Origin: Macrostomum hystrix
Taxonomy: Eukaryota; Animalia; Platyhelminthes
Reading direction: 5' to 3'
Length of the DNA: 64,000 nt
Assembly: GCA_950097015.1 (NCBI GenBank)
Contig: CATNEN010000014.1
Coordinates: 868,001-932,000, forward strand
Position numbers and translations under genes: made by a program. Below are positions 24,112 through 51,231 of the stretch, in pieces. The notes below the pieces were generated by a model. The model was given only the letters and a program-made list of their open reading frames with translations, ran no database searches and was not told the DNA's origin. Positions within the stretch are counted from its first letter, which is position 1. Every line of letters starts with the position of its first letter.

Positions 24112-27100
24112 TGTAATATAATTAGTGATAGGGCCTACTTCTCTGTTATATCAACTACGCCGCTTTGCTGACGCACGCGCTTACAATATAGAGCAAGATT
24201 AGTTAAAGGTGGTTATATTAATTATAATCTAACGTTCGAATCTTCTAATTATCTAAACTTAGTGGCTAGTCCCGATGCGCGCGCGCGTGTCAGAAAACCG
24301 GTTGCAACTGGTGTCACTTTATATTTAACTTGTCAAGCGTAGTTTAAACAAATACTAAATACAAAATTAATACAAACATCCGTACGAAAATACCGGTTAT
24401 ATATGAGAAGATGATTAGCATAAATTTAGTTGTATTAACAGTACACAAGAAATATTTTGATTTTAATAACAATTTAAAATAGACTAATTATTTCATTACA
24501 TCATCCTCCTCAACAAAAGTCAATGTCCTCGTTGAAAATAACAATAAATCACGTACATATGGCATCACAATGACTTCAATACATAGCTTCATATCGCGAT
24601 CATACTACTAGCAGTACAAATACAAGGTTCGATAATATATACTCTACACGAAGCAATAGATATCACGCGACAACACCGTTCAACAGATACCGAGCAACAC
24701 AAGACGAACAGCACAAAATGTACGCTTGGGAGCGGGGACTGCGAAACTGACCAACAAGAACCGACAAGAACTTGGGCGATCGAAAACTGCACCACGCACT
24801 GAAAAGACGGGGTAGCTTCGAATCCCTAAGCCTCAGCGAGCCTCACAAAACTCTACCGAACCAACCTGCCGGGCGATGACACGGAGGACATTTCAATGCC
24901 TCCTGCATGCCTGGCTGTGGCAGCGGCTAGAAGAAAACCAAGACAAACGACTAAACATAACAGTAACTATGACAACGCGGATACAGTCTAAAATACAAAA
25001 TTACAAAGTCTAAAAATACAATCAATACAGTCTACAGGTTTCTTACGGTACAAATAGACATTTACAATGGATAACGAACATCACGACAAAACTTAAACAC
25101 GATCAAACTTCGACTAGTTATTTGGATTCATTCGACATCAACAATAACGAGGGAATAGTCAGTGGTAGGTCCATTCACAAACAAAAACTCATTGCAATGC
25201 GCAAAATTTTGTAAACGCAAGAAAACATATACAAAACTTGACATTTGAAGAATACGATTTTGACGAATAACGAATAACAACTAATCATATTGGGACTTTA
25301 AAATGCATTGATCACGAATGGAGGTAAATTTTATTGCAAAGCAACCGATACACTTAAGGATATTGGAAGTGCAAACAGAAGATAAATAACTTCGAGATAC
25401 ACGCAAACGAAAGAATTTTATTGCAGCGAAAAACATTCTATTGATGACATATTGTTTAAATGTTAACGCATACGCATGGAAAATTAAAGAGTGCAATCAA
25501 ACAAAAGTTTACTTGTAGCTTATAGCAACACAGTCGGGCATCTGAAACAAAATCTGCATTAATTTCGGCCATAGCGACATAATTCTTTTATTCAAACCTA
25601 AACTAACCTAAAATTCTAGAATAATTGTAAAGCATAGCTTCTCTTAATGTAATAAGTGTCATTATTGTGTCATTTGGAATACTGGATCGGAAAGAGAAAC
25701 TTCAAGGATTTCGGCAGTGATCGACTTATTCTTCCTCGATATCATCTTGCCAGAGACTCGGCAGCTTCTGCGAAGGTTGGACGACTAGTTTCATCTTTCC
25801 CGCATGGACAATCTTCCCCGGACCTTGATCTTTACCTTCAACCTGACGGACAACTTCGTAGTTTACTGGAGATGTCTTACGCACTACTCTGAATGGGCCA
25901 GTCCATGGAGCATGGTGCTTGTGCGACCAACGAGAATCCCGCTGTCGCAGAGCTAAAGGAGGGGTAAAAACCCACACCAATGCATTCTCATGGAACCTTT
26001 GCTTCTTGATATTTCTATCGTAGTACCTCTTTTGAACTCTTTTGGACAGCTTTGGTGGCTTTCCTGACTGTCTCATAAGCGTTAATTAGTTGCTCTTTAA
26101 TCGCGTCAGCAAAGGTAGTAGGAGTTAATTTAGGCTCAGGCTCGCGGTACACAACGTCTACTGGCAGCACCATCTCGCGACCAGTCATTAGATAGTGCGG
26201 TGTGAAACCGGTAGTCGCGTGGACTGAACTTCGGTAGGCCATGAGACAATGGGGAATTGCATCCTCCCAGTCCTCAGGATCGACATTTTGAAGATAACAA
26301 CGCAAGATATTATGAAGCGTACGGTGGAACCGTTCCACCAGTCCATCACACTGAGGATGAAATGCTGTTGTGCGTGTCTTTTGGATGTTAAGTAGTTTAC
26401 AGAGCTTCCTAATCAGTTTGCCATCTACGCCTTTGCCTCTATCAGAGTGCAAGATGTGGGGCGCTCCAAACCGGCTTATCCAGTGCATGAAAAGTGCATT
26501 TGCGATGGTTTCTGCGCGTTCGTCCTGCAACGGGAGAAGCTCGACCCATTTGCTAAAGTAATCCATAATTGTAAGTAGACGGTCGTTGCCTTGGCGCGAT
26601 GTGGCTATTTTCACGACATCAATCGCCAATCGTTGCATCGGGAAGCCAGATGACATAGGACGGAGCGGAGCTTTAGAGGCGGATGTTGGTTTTGCTCTTT
26701 GGCACTGGACGCATTCTTTCGTGTACAGCATGACGTCATCTATTAGTTTTGGCCAATAAAATCGTGCTTTAACTGCTTCAGCCGTCTTCTTTATGCCAAA
26801 CTGACCAAGTTGATGTATTTCTTCAATAATCTCTTGTCTTTTAATTCTTGGGAGCACTAGTATTGGTTTTGAATCTATAACACGATGCAACAACGCCGTT
26901 GATAAAGCATAGATCATTAACCTTATTCATTAACATTATGCTCTCTGGTGCCATAGTTGTCTTGTCTTCCTCAGTGAATTCCGTATTTCCCTGAGCGAGT
27001 TTTCTGTAAACTGGTCCAATACCACCATCTCTTAGCTGCAACACTCTCAAAGATGTTTCGTCGATATCTGTGTCAACTGAGTCTTCGTCACTTATATCTT

Positions 27101-29075
27101 CGATATCCGAGGTTCGCGCAACGAGTTGCTGCTTCCTACGTGATGGAACAACTGCATTACAGGACTCATTGTTACTAGTTTGACACTCAGCATCTACTCT
27201 ACGCGGCTTGTCCGGCTGACATGCTTCACAAAACCGCGGACATCTGGACAGAGCGTCAGCATTCATATGCATTCTACCTGGTCGGTGGATAATTTCGAAG
27301 TCAAATTCTTGTAATGACTCAAGCCAGCGTGCTAACTGTCCAGTCGGCTCCTTGAAACTTAGTAAGTGGGTTAGTACAGCATGGTCAACGCGAACTATAA
27401 ACTTTTTACCAGCTAGATAAGATCTGAATTTTTTGCACGATTCGACTACAGTGTGACGATTTAAACAAAGGACGAAGTCGAAGTCAGAGCGGCGGCAATT
27501 GTAAGTTTCGGCAATCGGAGTCAAATTCAATATTCAATGTCTGTGGTGTAGCGGTAGCACGTTTATTCTGGATGCACTGGGACGTCGACAAGCAGGGCGT
27601 TATGTAAGGCGTAGGAGCTCGTCAATGGTGAGTGTTAGACAATAGCAGAACCGAATGGAGTGGAGTGTGGCGAGAGTGAGAATGCAAATGAGAAGGAAGG
27701 TGTGTATGTGAAGGGGAGACAAAACAACGACCTGCGAACGGAAAGGAGCGGAACGTGAGGCGCGAGCGGGCTCAAAGCCCTCAGTTAAGTAAACCAGGCA
27801 GACTGCAAATCATAGTAATCGATACTTCCGACCAGACAGAGCTCGCACGCTCATTGGCCGGGGGGGAAATACATTAGGATACGCGTAGGAAATTGCTAGC
27901 ATGGCGCGATATGCGTTTACAGTTACTGGCAGTAGCGCCCTAAACATTTGACTTATTAATATAAATTAACTGAAGTGGGTGACATTATACGATGAGTTAA
28001 AACGGCCCAAGTTATTACATAATTAGCAAATTAAGCATGTAATCAACGCATAGAGTAATATTGCAGGGGCGCCTTCAACAAGTGACAACGTCACAACAGC
28101 TAATAGTTCCCTCCTAGTCACACAGTAATTTCTTTCTGCAGAATTCAAAGCTCGGCTGCTGTAGGCGATAACCTTCTCTTGTCCTTTTTGAACCTGCGAC
28201 AGCACACTACCTACTCCGAAACCGCTAGCATCAGTATCTAAAATAAATTGACTATTAATATCTGAAGTGTCTGGCAAGGCAAGAATCGGCGCTGAAGTTA
28301 ACCTGTCTTTCAGCGAACAGAAACTTTGTTCTTGTTCATTAGTCCAGATAAATTGTGTGTTTTTTAGTGTTAGTCGGCGCAAAGGCTCTGCTATTGTGGA
28401 GAAACTTTTAATAAATCTTCTATAATAATAATAAGAGGCTAAACCTAGGAAACTCTGGACATCCTTAACCGATTGCGGTCGAGGCCAATCATGGACTGCT
28501 TTGACCTTCTCATCATCAACCGAAATGCCTTGGGGTGTTATTTTATGTCCTAGAATTTTTATTGACTTAGATGCAAAGATACATTTGCTAGGCTTTAAGC
28601 GAAGATTTGCATTTTGGAGGCGCTGGAGGACTTGAGCAAGATTACAATTATGCTCGTCTAATGTTCTGCCCATTACAACAATGTCATCGATATACACAAG
28701 ACAAGCTTCCCACTTCAGACCGCGCAGCACCAGGTCCATCAGCCGTTGAAACGTAGCTGGGGCATTTTTCAGCCCAAATGGCATGACCCTGAATTGGTAC
28801 AGACCATGGTGGCACAGGAAAGCTGTCTTCTCACTGTCATGTTCATCAAGTTCGACCTGCCAGTATCCTGACTGCATATCCATGGCTGAAAAATATATGT
28901 TGCCAGCTAGAGCATCCAGAGTGTCGTCCACTCTAGGCATTGGATAGGCATCAGACTTTGTAACATTGTTTAATTTTCGATAATCTATGCAAAATCTAAG
29001 GTTACCATCTTTCTTGCGAACTAGCACTACTGCAGCTGCCCATGGAGATGATGATGAAACAATGATGTTATGGCA
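24112..29075 (-). mobile_element. Ty3/Gypsy retrotransposon B, 5'-truncated (RT, RNase H, integrase, 3' LTR)
   Basis: RT (RFCIDYRKLN, YIDD, LGH), RNase H (ILDTDAS, DHAVL), integrase (zinc finger H..GQFG..C..CQ; HSDRG; HPQCDGLVERFHRTL). Putative 3' LTR 24112-24500 (TGTAAT..ATTACA) preceded on the minus strand by a purine-rich GAGGAGGATGA. Confidence 0.9.
27452..28095. mobile_element. Solo LTR inserted in Gypsy B RNase H
   Basis: TGTGACG..CGTCACA termini, 644 bp, 4-bp TSD ACAG (27448-27451 and 28096-28099). Removing it restores ELLAVVESCKKF. Confidence 0.92.
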
Positions 29076-31792
29076 TTCGGCTGCGCCCCGCCGAGATTGA
29101 ATTCGCTGACGACGGTGATGGTGCTAATGAAGTTCCCGCAAACTGACTTTGCTGTCTCTTTTCCACTGTGCCCGGGCACCCCTGTCTGATGTTCCTATTC
29201 CAGGAACTATTCCTATGCCTGGTCAGTCTGACCTGATGGTATTGATATTTTCTGGCAATGTGTGTCTATAAGCCGAACTAAGTACTAGAATTTGTGAAAA
29301 ATTCTGATATGGCAGTTTACCATATCACGTAGCACATGCTTGCTACTCGCCCCCACACTTGCATTGATTTGATATCCAATTTAAGCAACCAGCAAAATGC
29401 AAGCGTAAATGTCACAATATTTTCTTCTGGTTCTGATTGTTTGCTTTGCGTTGTTTTTTATTTGAGGACAATTCTATAGGGGATTAGGGTGTGTTTGCAG
29501 TAAGGCAGGCCTTAAATCTTAAACTCATAGATACCCAGGCAGGTTGTATGAGGGCAAGCGCCAGCGAGTTCTGTTTGTCAGGCAGTGCCCCAGAAATTCC
29601 TTTTTGGTTTTTTGGTATTTTTTAATCTGTTCGCTGTTGTTTTTTTTCTGATAATTTGTTCCTAAACCTCCCACTTTGTTAAAAAATCCTCCCAGTTTGT
29701 TCATAATCCTCCCAGTTTCATCATAATCCTCCCAGTCCGTTCGTCTATAACATATATTATATTGTTATCATATCATATAATCTATAGTTAGCTCGTACTG
29801 AATTTAAATATTCTATTATAAATAGAGAGATAATAGATAAATAAAATAGAATAAAAAGAAGTAATATAAAACCATTGCTCTCATAATTTTTAGTGTAATA
29901 CTTATTTTTGCATCGTGTTACCATAATTCTATACCTTTAAGCGCATACCTACAGGCTTATTAATTTTCCTTGACTGATTACGCTCGCACCCTTCTGTCTC
30001 GTAATATTCCGAGTTATCTAATACAATTCAGAAATTCTGGGTTGTCTGAGTAACAAGTTATTCAACAGTAATTATGGTAAATAGCTGGCTGCAACATTCA
30101 CCCATGCTATTGAAAACTGATTTTTAGAGAGTACGCTTATCATGAGCAGCAGTGTATAGTAGAATAATCGACGCAGGAAACAGAACAAGTAGCAGAACAA
30201 TCCACAAAGTTAACTTCTTAAGTACTAAGTAACATTCAATACCTTGCAACAGTACGAAGTTAACTTCTTAAGTAAGTACTAAGTAAAATTTAATACTTTG
30301 TAAGAATTTGAAACGACAACATAAACTTGCTAAATGTGTGCCAAGTACTTGGCAGACGTATTCACTGTTACTTGGAATTGTACTTTGTAAGTTTTCGATG
30401 TTTTTTTACTAGGGTTCAGCCCCTGAAAACCAGCCCGTACCGTCCAAGCACCAACGGCCTGACCGAGCGACTCAACAGGACGCTGATGGACAGCATCCGA
30501 GCGGCCAGGGCTGCGAACATTCCGATGCGCTGCAAGACGCGCTGCTGCAGTTCCTTGAGGCTTACCGCAGCACTCCACACGCCCTGACTGAGAAGAGCCC
30601 GGCTGAGCTGATGCTGGGCAGGCGATTGACGCACTGAGCGCCGGCGACTGGGTTCGGGTGCGCCGTCCAACACGACGGGGCAAGCTCGGAACGCGGCTCT
30701 CGGCGCCGCTGCGGATTGTCAAGACGATGGGCGCTGCGGGCCGACTGACCGACCGAATCAGCAGGCACTCGTACCAACATCGATGCGCCCGAGCCCCGAG
30801 ACACCGGTGCCTGACGAGCTCGACCCGCTCATCGACGTTCAAGGACAGCACACTGTTCCGGACGATGGAGGCGGAGATCCTTTGCCTGCACCGGGTCCAG
30901 CACAAGAACTAGCGACGCCGCCGGTACGACGATCCGATCGGCCGAGGCGACCTGTGCAGCGTTATGGCTTCTGACTGACTGATTTTGCGGAGAGGGGGAA
31001 GATGTTGTGTATTGACTGACTGAGTACTAAATTACTGTTATGAGATATTTACGTGTACTGCCACTATGCAGTGAGGAAGCCAGTAATTCATTCACTACTT
31101 CATTTCTAATTCATTCACTACACATCAGGAAGATTCGCAACTTTCAAGCCGCTCTGCCTCACGAATACAGCCTGCATGCCGCCACGCACTTCCCACCGCC
31201 TGGCAACCGCGCCAACAAATCATAAGCAAATAAGTCTCCCCAGGCCCGCTGTCTGCTCCGCAAAAGCTTTGCGGATCCCTGATGGAGGGCAGGCCGGAAA
31301 AGTGCAGCCTGCATTGTCCTCTTATCTGGAGCAGAAGCTTGGGAGAAATTCAGCAGAGAAAACAAAGGCGAGGATAAATCTGCTGGAGTTGGTCTGGGGA
31401 AATACTGCCAAGACCGGCCATAATTATTGTTTGAAAAATGGGGCGCTCTTCTGCAGTGGGATGAACAGCGGACGACAGAAAAGTTGAGGTACAGAAAGGG
31501 AAGCGAAGAACTGCCCCATAAGAGAATGCAGCCACTCGCGGCATTTATTGCCTTCTATTCCGCTCCACCAGAGAAGCCCCTCTCTTCTTATTCTTCCGGC
31601 TGCTCGAATTTGAAGTTTCTGTGGCATTCCGATCCCAGCAGAGGCTCATTATCAGCTGCCTGCCATCAAAGCTGCGGCACTAGCTACTTCTGCACGCGCG
31701 GGGTCGGTCAATAAAAATTCATTCATCAATCATCCCTTGTCTCTGTTGACCTCTCTTGTCGTCCCAGCTGTTTAGTCTAACCCTTGTCCAAA

Positions 31793-32370
31793 GGGGTGAG
31801 TGGCTAAGCGTTTAACGCGTTTGCCTCTCGCACCAAGGTCCCTGAGCGGGGGGTGAGTGGCAGAGCGGTTAACGCGTTTGCCTCTCGCACCAAGGTCCCT
31901 GAGCGGGGGGTGAGTGGCAGAGCGGTTAACGCGTTTGCCTCTCGCACCAAGGTCCCTGAGCGGGGGGTGAGTGGCAGAGCGGTTAACGCGTTTGCCTCTC
32001 GCACCAAGGTCCCTGAGCGGGGGGTGAGTGGCAGAGCGGTTAACGCGTTTGCCTCTCGCATCACGGTCCCTAAGTTCGATTCCACGGCGAGGCCACATTT
32101 ATTTGGGGCGCAGCCGCGGAGAGAAGGCTTTGGGGCTTGTCGTGCAATTGACGCCCTTGAGGGCCAACCTCCAAGACACAGTGAAGTGTACACTGCCTGA
32201 CGATGAGAAAGTCAGGGCAGATGTACACACCTGTGTGAGCGTATGCCTGCGTACAGTATTTGTGTGCGTGTGTGCTCAGGAGTCAGCGAAATGGGCAGAA
32301 TTGCCTCCTCGCTGGCTGCGGGTCTAGTGTCACCAAATGATGTGCCATTGCCCGCAGCCCTCCTGCAATT
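31793..32370 (+). mobile_element. tRNA-derived SINE preceded by 4 tandem 57-bp copies of its own 5' head; a further partial copy follows to ~32640
   Basis: Unit GGGGTGAGTGGCAGAGCGGTTAACGCGTTTGCCTCTCGCACCAAGGTCCCTGAGC.. with an A-box. Only the fifth head continues into B-box GTTCGATTCC and the SINE body shared with 355-752. Confidence 0.8.
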
Positions 32371-33680
32371 ATTATTATTATTATTATTATAAGGTCCCTG
32401 AGCTCGATTCCGCAGGGCGCAGCCACATTCATTAGTGGCGCAGCCGTGGAGAGAAGTCTTGGGGCTTGTCGTGCAATTTTTTCGCCCTTGAGGGTGAACT
32501 TCCAAGGCATAGCGATGTGTACACTACCTGACGATGAGAATCACGGCAGATGTACACACCTGTGTGAGTGTGTGGCATCTGTGAGCGTATATGCTCAGGA
32601 GTCAGCGAATTTGGAAGAATTATCTCCTCGCTGGTTGCGGGTCAATAGGTTAGTGCATATGCACATTTAGACATGTAAAGGGTTACTCGCAAACTTAAAT
32701 TGCAAATTCAACTCACCACGTTAGATTAAGTGTAACAGCAGCCACAGCCCGAGCTGACACTCGCAAATTATATTATGTACAAATGTTTACATTTGCGGCT
32801 TTTTTGTTTGGTATGTATTACAACAAACCTTTATTAAATAATTTACAATTGCAGAAACGAAACCATAAATGCAAATGCGTAAAAACTATTAAAAGTAAAA
32901 AAAGTATTTGTGTCATACTAAAGCCGAACTTGAGAACGTTTCTTCCTGCTCCCATCATATTTTCTTGGAAATCATTTTAAATCATTCGTTTGTTAATTTT
33001 CCGCACTATTCCGGTCCAATTGCGGTATGTTTCTAGGCATAGGCTTAATTACATTAGTCATCATTTTAGGATTGTAAAAGTTAAACAATAAGCCTATGCA
33101 CATGTTAAGTCTTTTCTCAAGTTTCTCACGTTTTGTAGCTCCCACTGGGCCTCTAAGCTTCAAACTTTATTTTTACATATTGTCTTCTTTTTCGACTAGT
33201 GATTAATTATAAGCATTAAGTGCTTAAATAATATTTTTGAACAATACCTATTTGTGTATCTAGGCCTAGTATGCCTAGCCTGACAGCAATAATTAAGCTA
33301 TATGAACCTGTCCAAAAATAGTTTTAGATAGGCATGATATAGCAGTATAGGCTTTTAGAGGTGCTGAGTTACAAAATGGAACCTATTTAGTTATATGTGC
33401 AATAACTTTCCATGGAATGGCTTCCCTATCAAAATAAATCAGATTAAACTTCAGTAGAATCATAGAGACCTATAGAAGATTAGTCGGCATTCTTTTTAAA
33501 TCATTGTTAAACTGTTTTTCTGAAAAGTTTCATTTCAAAGTGATAGAAAAAACATGAAGAAATCATTGTGAAACAATGGGATAAAAGGAAAAAATTAGAA
33601 ACAATTATATGATGAGCATCAAAATGTCACATCCAAATTCTGCAGGATTGCCTGTCAAAATTCAGTAGCGGTAATAATAA

Positions 33681-34410
33681 GCCATAGTCAGGAAGGTGGC
33701 CTTTTTCGTCGAAAATTCCGGCATGCATAGGCATAGCCAAAGATATTCGGCGTACATTCGGCATACATTTGGTCTGCCTTGCAAAAGTTGGTGTACATTC
33801 AGCATATGCCATGTACGCCGCAAATATGTGGCATGATATGGGATATAAGGTTGGCATATGAGGCAGTGCTAATTCTCTATTATGTCTACCGTATATTCTT
33901 ATTCAAATCTCTGCCAAAACTTTACGGTAGGCCTAATCTTTGGGTGTGTTCGAGTTGCTAAGAATGAGTTAAAATAAGTTAAAATGACATAAAATAGTTT
34001 AAAATGGTAATTTTAACATCTTTAATTTAACAAATTAAAAAAGACTAAACTTGTTGGTATAGTGCAACAACCAAACTTGTCGAATATTCGATGCAACAGA
34101 AGGTTTTTACTTTATTATAATACACCATACATGGATACACATCGTGACGTCGACAATGTTAGAAGCAGAATGAATGTCTGAATCTGCTAAATTGTATTAA
34201 TTAGTTCGTTCGTTCATTCATCAGTGTCCATTCAGTGTCCTAATAAGCTGATAAACAATTATCTAATCGGCGTGCATGGGTGCGTTACGGTATATTCAGC
34301 GTGCATTACGGTATATTCGGTGTACTTATGGTTACATTTGGCGTACATAGGTAGCCCTGCCCGAATTTCATTCCGGCGTACACATGCCACCTTCCTGACA
34401 AGGCCCTATG
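33681..34410. mobile_element. Putative MITE
   Basis: GTCAGGAAGGTGGC near 33687 is inverted to GCCACCTTCCTGAC near 34386. Internal ATTCGGC(G)TACAT repeats. No ORF. Confidence 0.5.
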
Positions 34411-36598
34411 GATAATAAGGGAGGCCGCTGTTAGGTGGCGTGGCCTCCTGGCATAGTGTTTACAAATGCATGTTTGAATGTTAATAGACTTTAAGTGTGT
34501 GTTAGTTAACAGTAGAAGATTAGAAGAGCATGTTAGAAAAATGCAGAAAATGTCCTAATATTTCCTCCCACTAACCAGCTCATCCTTTTTGGCCACAGAC
34601 ACTGCCAAGCATGTCATTTTGCCAAACATCGCCCTTTTGCTTATTATCTCCCCCACACTGAACACTTCCCACTGACAAGTTCCTCAGAACCATTGAAGAA
34701 GAAGCCTCAGTTTGATTAATGCAAAAAAGCAACCTTAATGATTGAATTTCCAAGTTTTCATATCAAATTTAAATGAAACTTTTCAGAAAAACAGTTTTAG
34801 AAACAAACAATTGTGAAAGAATGCTGATTAATTCAATTTATTATTGGGTGGGCCTAAGGGCTTTTGTGAGAACTCAGTATATCAGAATCAGACACAGTGA
34901 CCTTGATAATGTATCATAACAACAAGTAGATCTAGAGGCAGATTCTTGCCCTGAAGCTTATGCTCTAGTTGATTTATTTTATAACTTGCAAGGGATTGCC
35001 AAAAATAATATTTTCTTATATAATATTTATAAAAACATTAGTTATAAAATCATTTTTTTATTTTAATTAAATTAGGCAATATCACCCAAGTTATTTTTTT
35101 TCATTAAAACATTATCAAACTTATTAATTTATATATAATTGTATAAGTATGTGTACAGTTAGCTAAGTTATAATAGTTGGGCAACAACCTAGGTTCCATA
35201 GGCAAGAAAGTGGTATGATTATGTGCATTCTAGAAAATTTGTTTTGTACCTAAGACAACTATAAATGTACAGTGTATATATACTAACATTTTAATTAATA
35301 AAAAAAGTATATGGGTCGTATCCATTGAATTGGCAATAGACCTCAAGCAAGAAACCAGAGGACCAGTTAAAAACTGTCTGACTTGTAACCTTATATCATT
35401 TCAACTTTTAATGCCAAGTGCAAGAGTCACAATATAAGTTGAAATGGTTGTATTATTCAACTCTTATTTGGACTGATAATAAAATTCACTCCTAGTAAGT
35501 CTATCACAATGAAGTCTAAATATATTTACTCTTATTCTGAACCATCATTGATAGTTGCAATATGCAATATGGCTATATAAAAACCATGAGAATGTACGAG
35601 TAAATTGTATATACTCGTACTTGTAAATATATATACTGGGAATTTACTTATTAGTAAAAAACATTATTGGATTAGTATTTAGGCCAACTAAATTATTAAA
35701 ACAGCTAATGGGGGCACTATAAAGGGGCTGCCTATCAGGAGGTCAATTTTTTGGGGGATTACTATAGCCCCTCAGCCCATTTGTATCTATGCTTGGGCAG
35801 TGACTTTGACTTTCTGGCCATGTCATCCAGTCAAAGGCCCATAATATGTGCTGCTGCTCAAGCTGTATCCACAATGCAGGCTGAGTGATACTGGCGCCCC
35901 AGATGAAGCTAGCTGGTGATTTTTTGTGGTCTTTGGCCCAGAGATGCACTCTCTGATTCCTCCCCCCTTTCTGGCTACTACATGGCTGGCTGGCACAAGC
36001 AGTCCTTTGTTAGACAAAGTTTAACCAGTAAGCAAGAGGCAGCAAAGTTATAGCCAGACCATAGACTCATTCATTTACTTGTTAAAACTAACAAAATTCT
36101 CTATGCCTTATATTAAGATTATTATTTATTAACATTGCTTAGATCTGCACACTAGGCTGCTATTTAAACCACTTATTGTGTCATAATTTGTCCTGTCTAA
36201 ATTAAATAATACAATCTTAATTTGACCATAAACAAGTTGATACATAGCCTCTAGCTATGCATTGTAATATGCTGTACTAGCAGATTTTACTAGCAAATCT
36301 GCTTCTTGGTAGCTGCATGTTTATTAATTCACTAAACAATTCTAATTGCTCTTTTTAAATCTGATGGATGACTTGCAGCTCCGCGGGAGCCCCAATCTAG
36401 AATTTAGTGCACAACAGACACACCGAGTCAGCCATGGGCCCCGCACTGGATTCCTGTAGTCTGTGAGCTTTTTAAGTCCAAACGTCTTCAAAGCCGAAGT
36501 GCCTTTTTTCTCCATCAGCCTTAGTCGATTAAAGACTCTGAGCTGCTTACATTTTCGCTTTGCTCTTTGGAGTTTCCGTCAGTTCACCGGCTTTCCAT

Positions 36599-50129
<13,531 letters not shown>

Positions 50130-50239
50130 CCCGCCCGGCGTGCCGCGAGCCCTCGGCAACAGCTTGCCGCTCCCGTAGCCTCTTGCTTTTCGGAATGATC
50201 CTTAACTCGGGCTGAGTATTCCCAAGTGCACTCCGAATA

Positions 50240-50580
50240 TTCCCGAATATTTATGAGTGCATTCCGGATTTTCCTGAGTGTATTACGAATATTAATGAGT
50301 GCATTCCGAATATTTATGAGTGCATTCCGAATATTTATGAGTGCATTCCGAATATTTATGAGTGCATTCCGAATATTTCTAAGTGCATTCCGAATATTTC
50401 TAAGTGCATTCCGAATATTTCTAAGTGCATTCCGGATATTCCTGAGTGTATTACGAATATTAATGAGTGCATTCCGAGTATTCATGAGTGCATTCCGAAT
50501 ATTTATGAGTGCATTCCAAATATTTATGAGTGCATTCCGAATATTTATTAGTGCATTCCGAATATTCATGAGTGCATTCT
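50240..50580. repeat. 21-bp minisatellite GAGTGCATTCCGAATATTTAT, 3' of the CDK stop
   Basis: Tandem units seen directly. Confidence 0.9.
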
Positions 50581-51231
50581 AAATATTCCAGATTTATTCT
50601 CATGCAAATTAATCCACCTGTTTGAGGCTACGGAGGCCAGGCATTTCTGTTGCTGGGATCTCACCTGGAGTGAAGCTACTGCAGTTTATTTCTGATTCTG
50701 TAATCATGTCTGTGGCTGTCATATATATATTCTATGTATTGCTATATATATCTATTTGTTTATTTGTTTTCTTGTTTATATCGTTTGCATCGATGGGAAT
50801 CTAGTCATTAACCTGTTTTAGGTGTCTGTCTGTCATTGTCTGTAACTGTTGCTGTCAGTGTTTTTATATCTTTATTGCTTGAGTCCCCCAGTTAATTCTG
50901 CTGCTTTCTGCCTCGTCTAGTCAACTGCGCACCTTTCTGCTGCTTTTCACTAATTTAAAGTCGATAAGAATTTTTCTCTTTTTTCTCACTTTTCAACCGT
51001 TTTTTTCTTCTTTCTTTGTAGTCTAGTCAGCTGTCCAAGTGGTTTGCTTGTAGAATGCCGACCCCAGCAGTCCGTTTCTCTGTGACCTTCTTTGTAGCTT
51101 TTATTATTTTTATATAAATTTACTAACGATAAAATTGTATATATTTAAGCACTGAGCTTGTTACTGAGCTCTGAGATTTTTTATCCAGATTTGAAGTCTA
51201 CCGTGTGCCTGCAGTGGGTGATTGACACTTC

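Larger units (their letters stand above)
23418..30414. mobile_element. Non-autonomous TIR DNA transposon (CCC termini, CMC/EnSpm-like)
   Basis: Left end CCCTAGTAAAAAAAACATGGAAAACTTAC is inverted to right end GTAAGTTTTCGATGTTTTTTTACTAGGG. Many subterminal TACTTAAGTA/TTACTAAGT repeats. It splits the Gypsy A integrase (NRGI|QPLKTSPY). No transposase seen. Confidence 0.8.
20826..31070 (+). mobile_element. Ty3/Gypsy LTR retrotransposon A (decayed, interrupted in the integrase)
   Basis: Matching LTR-like termini 20826-20890 and 31003-31070 (TGTTGTG..CA), with a PPT GGAGAGGGGGAAGA directly before 31003. gag (..CNYG..EEMIRDQL), protease (LMVDCGAKVS), deleted RT (LDDFIVFG), RNase H (TIVTSDAS), integrase (..TDNGPQF / SPYRPSTNGLTERLNRTL). 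Confidence 0.9.

Noticed and set aside
32022-32100. Possible tRNA genes here, at 680-752 and at 47480-47560
   Set aside because: A and B boxes are present, but they run into shared SINE bodies and I could not fold a convincing cloverleaf. Treated as SINE heads.
35743-36017. GC-richer island with broken ORFs upstream of the CDK gene
   Set aside because: No recognisable domain or splice structure.
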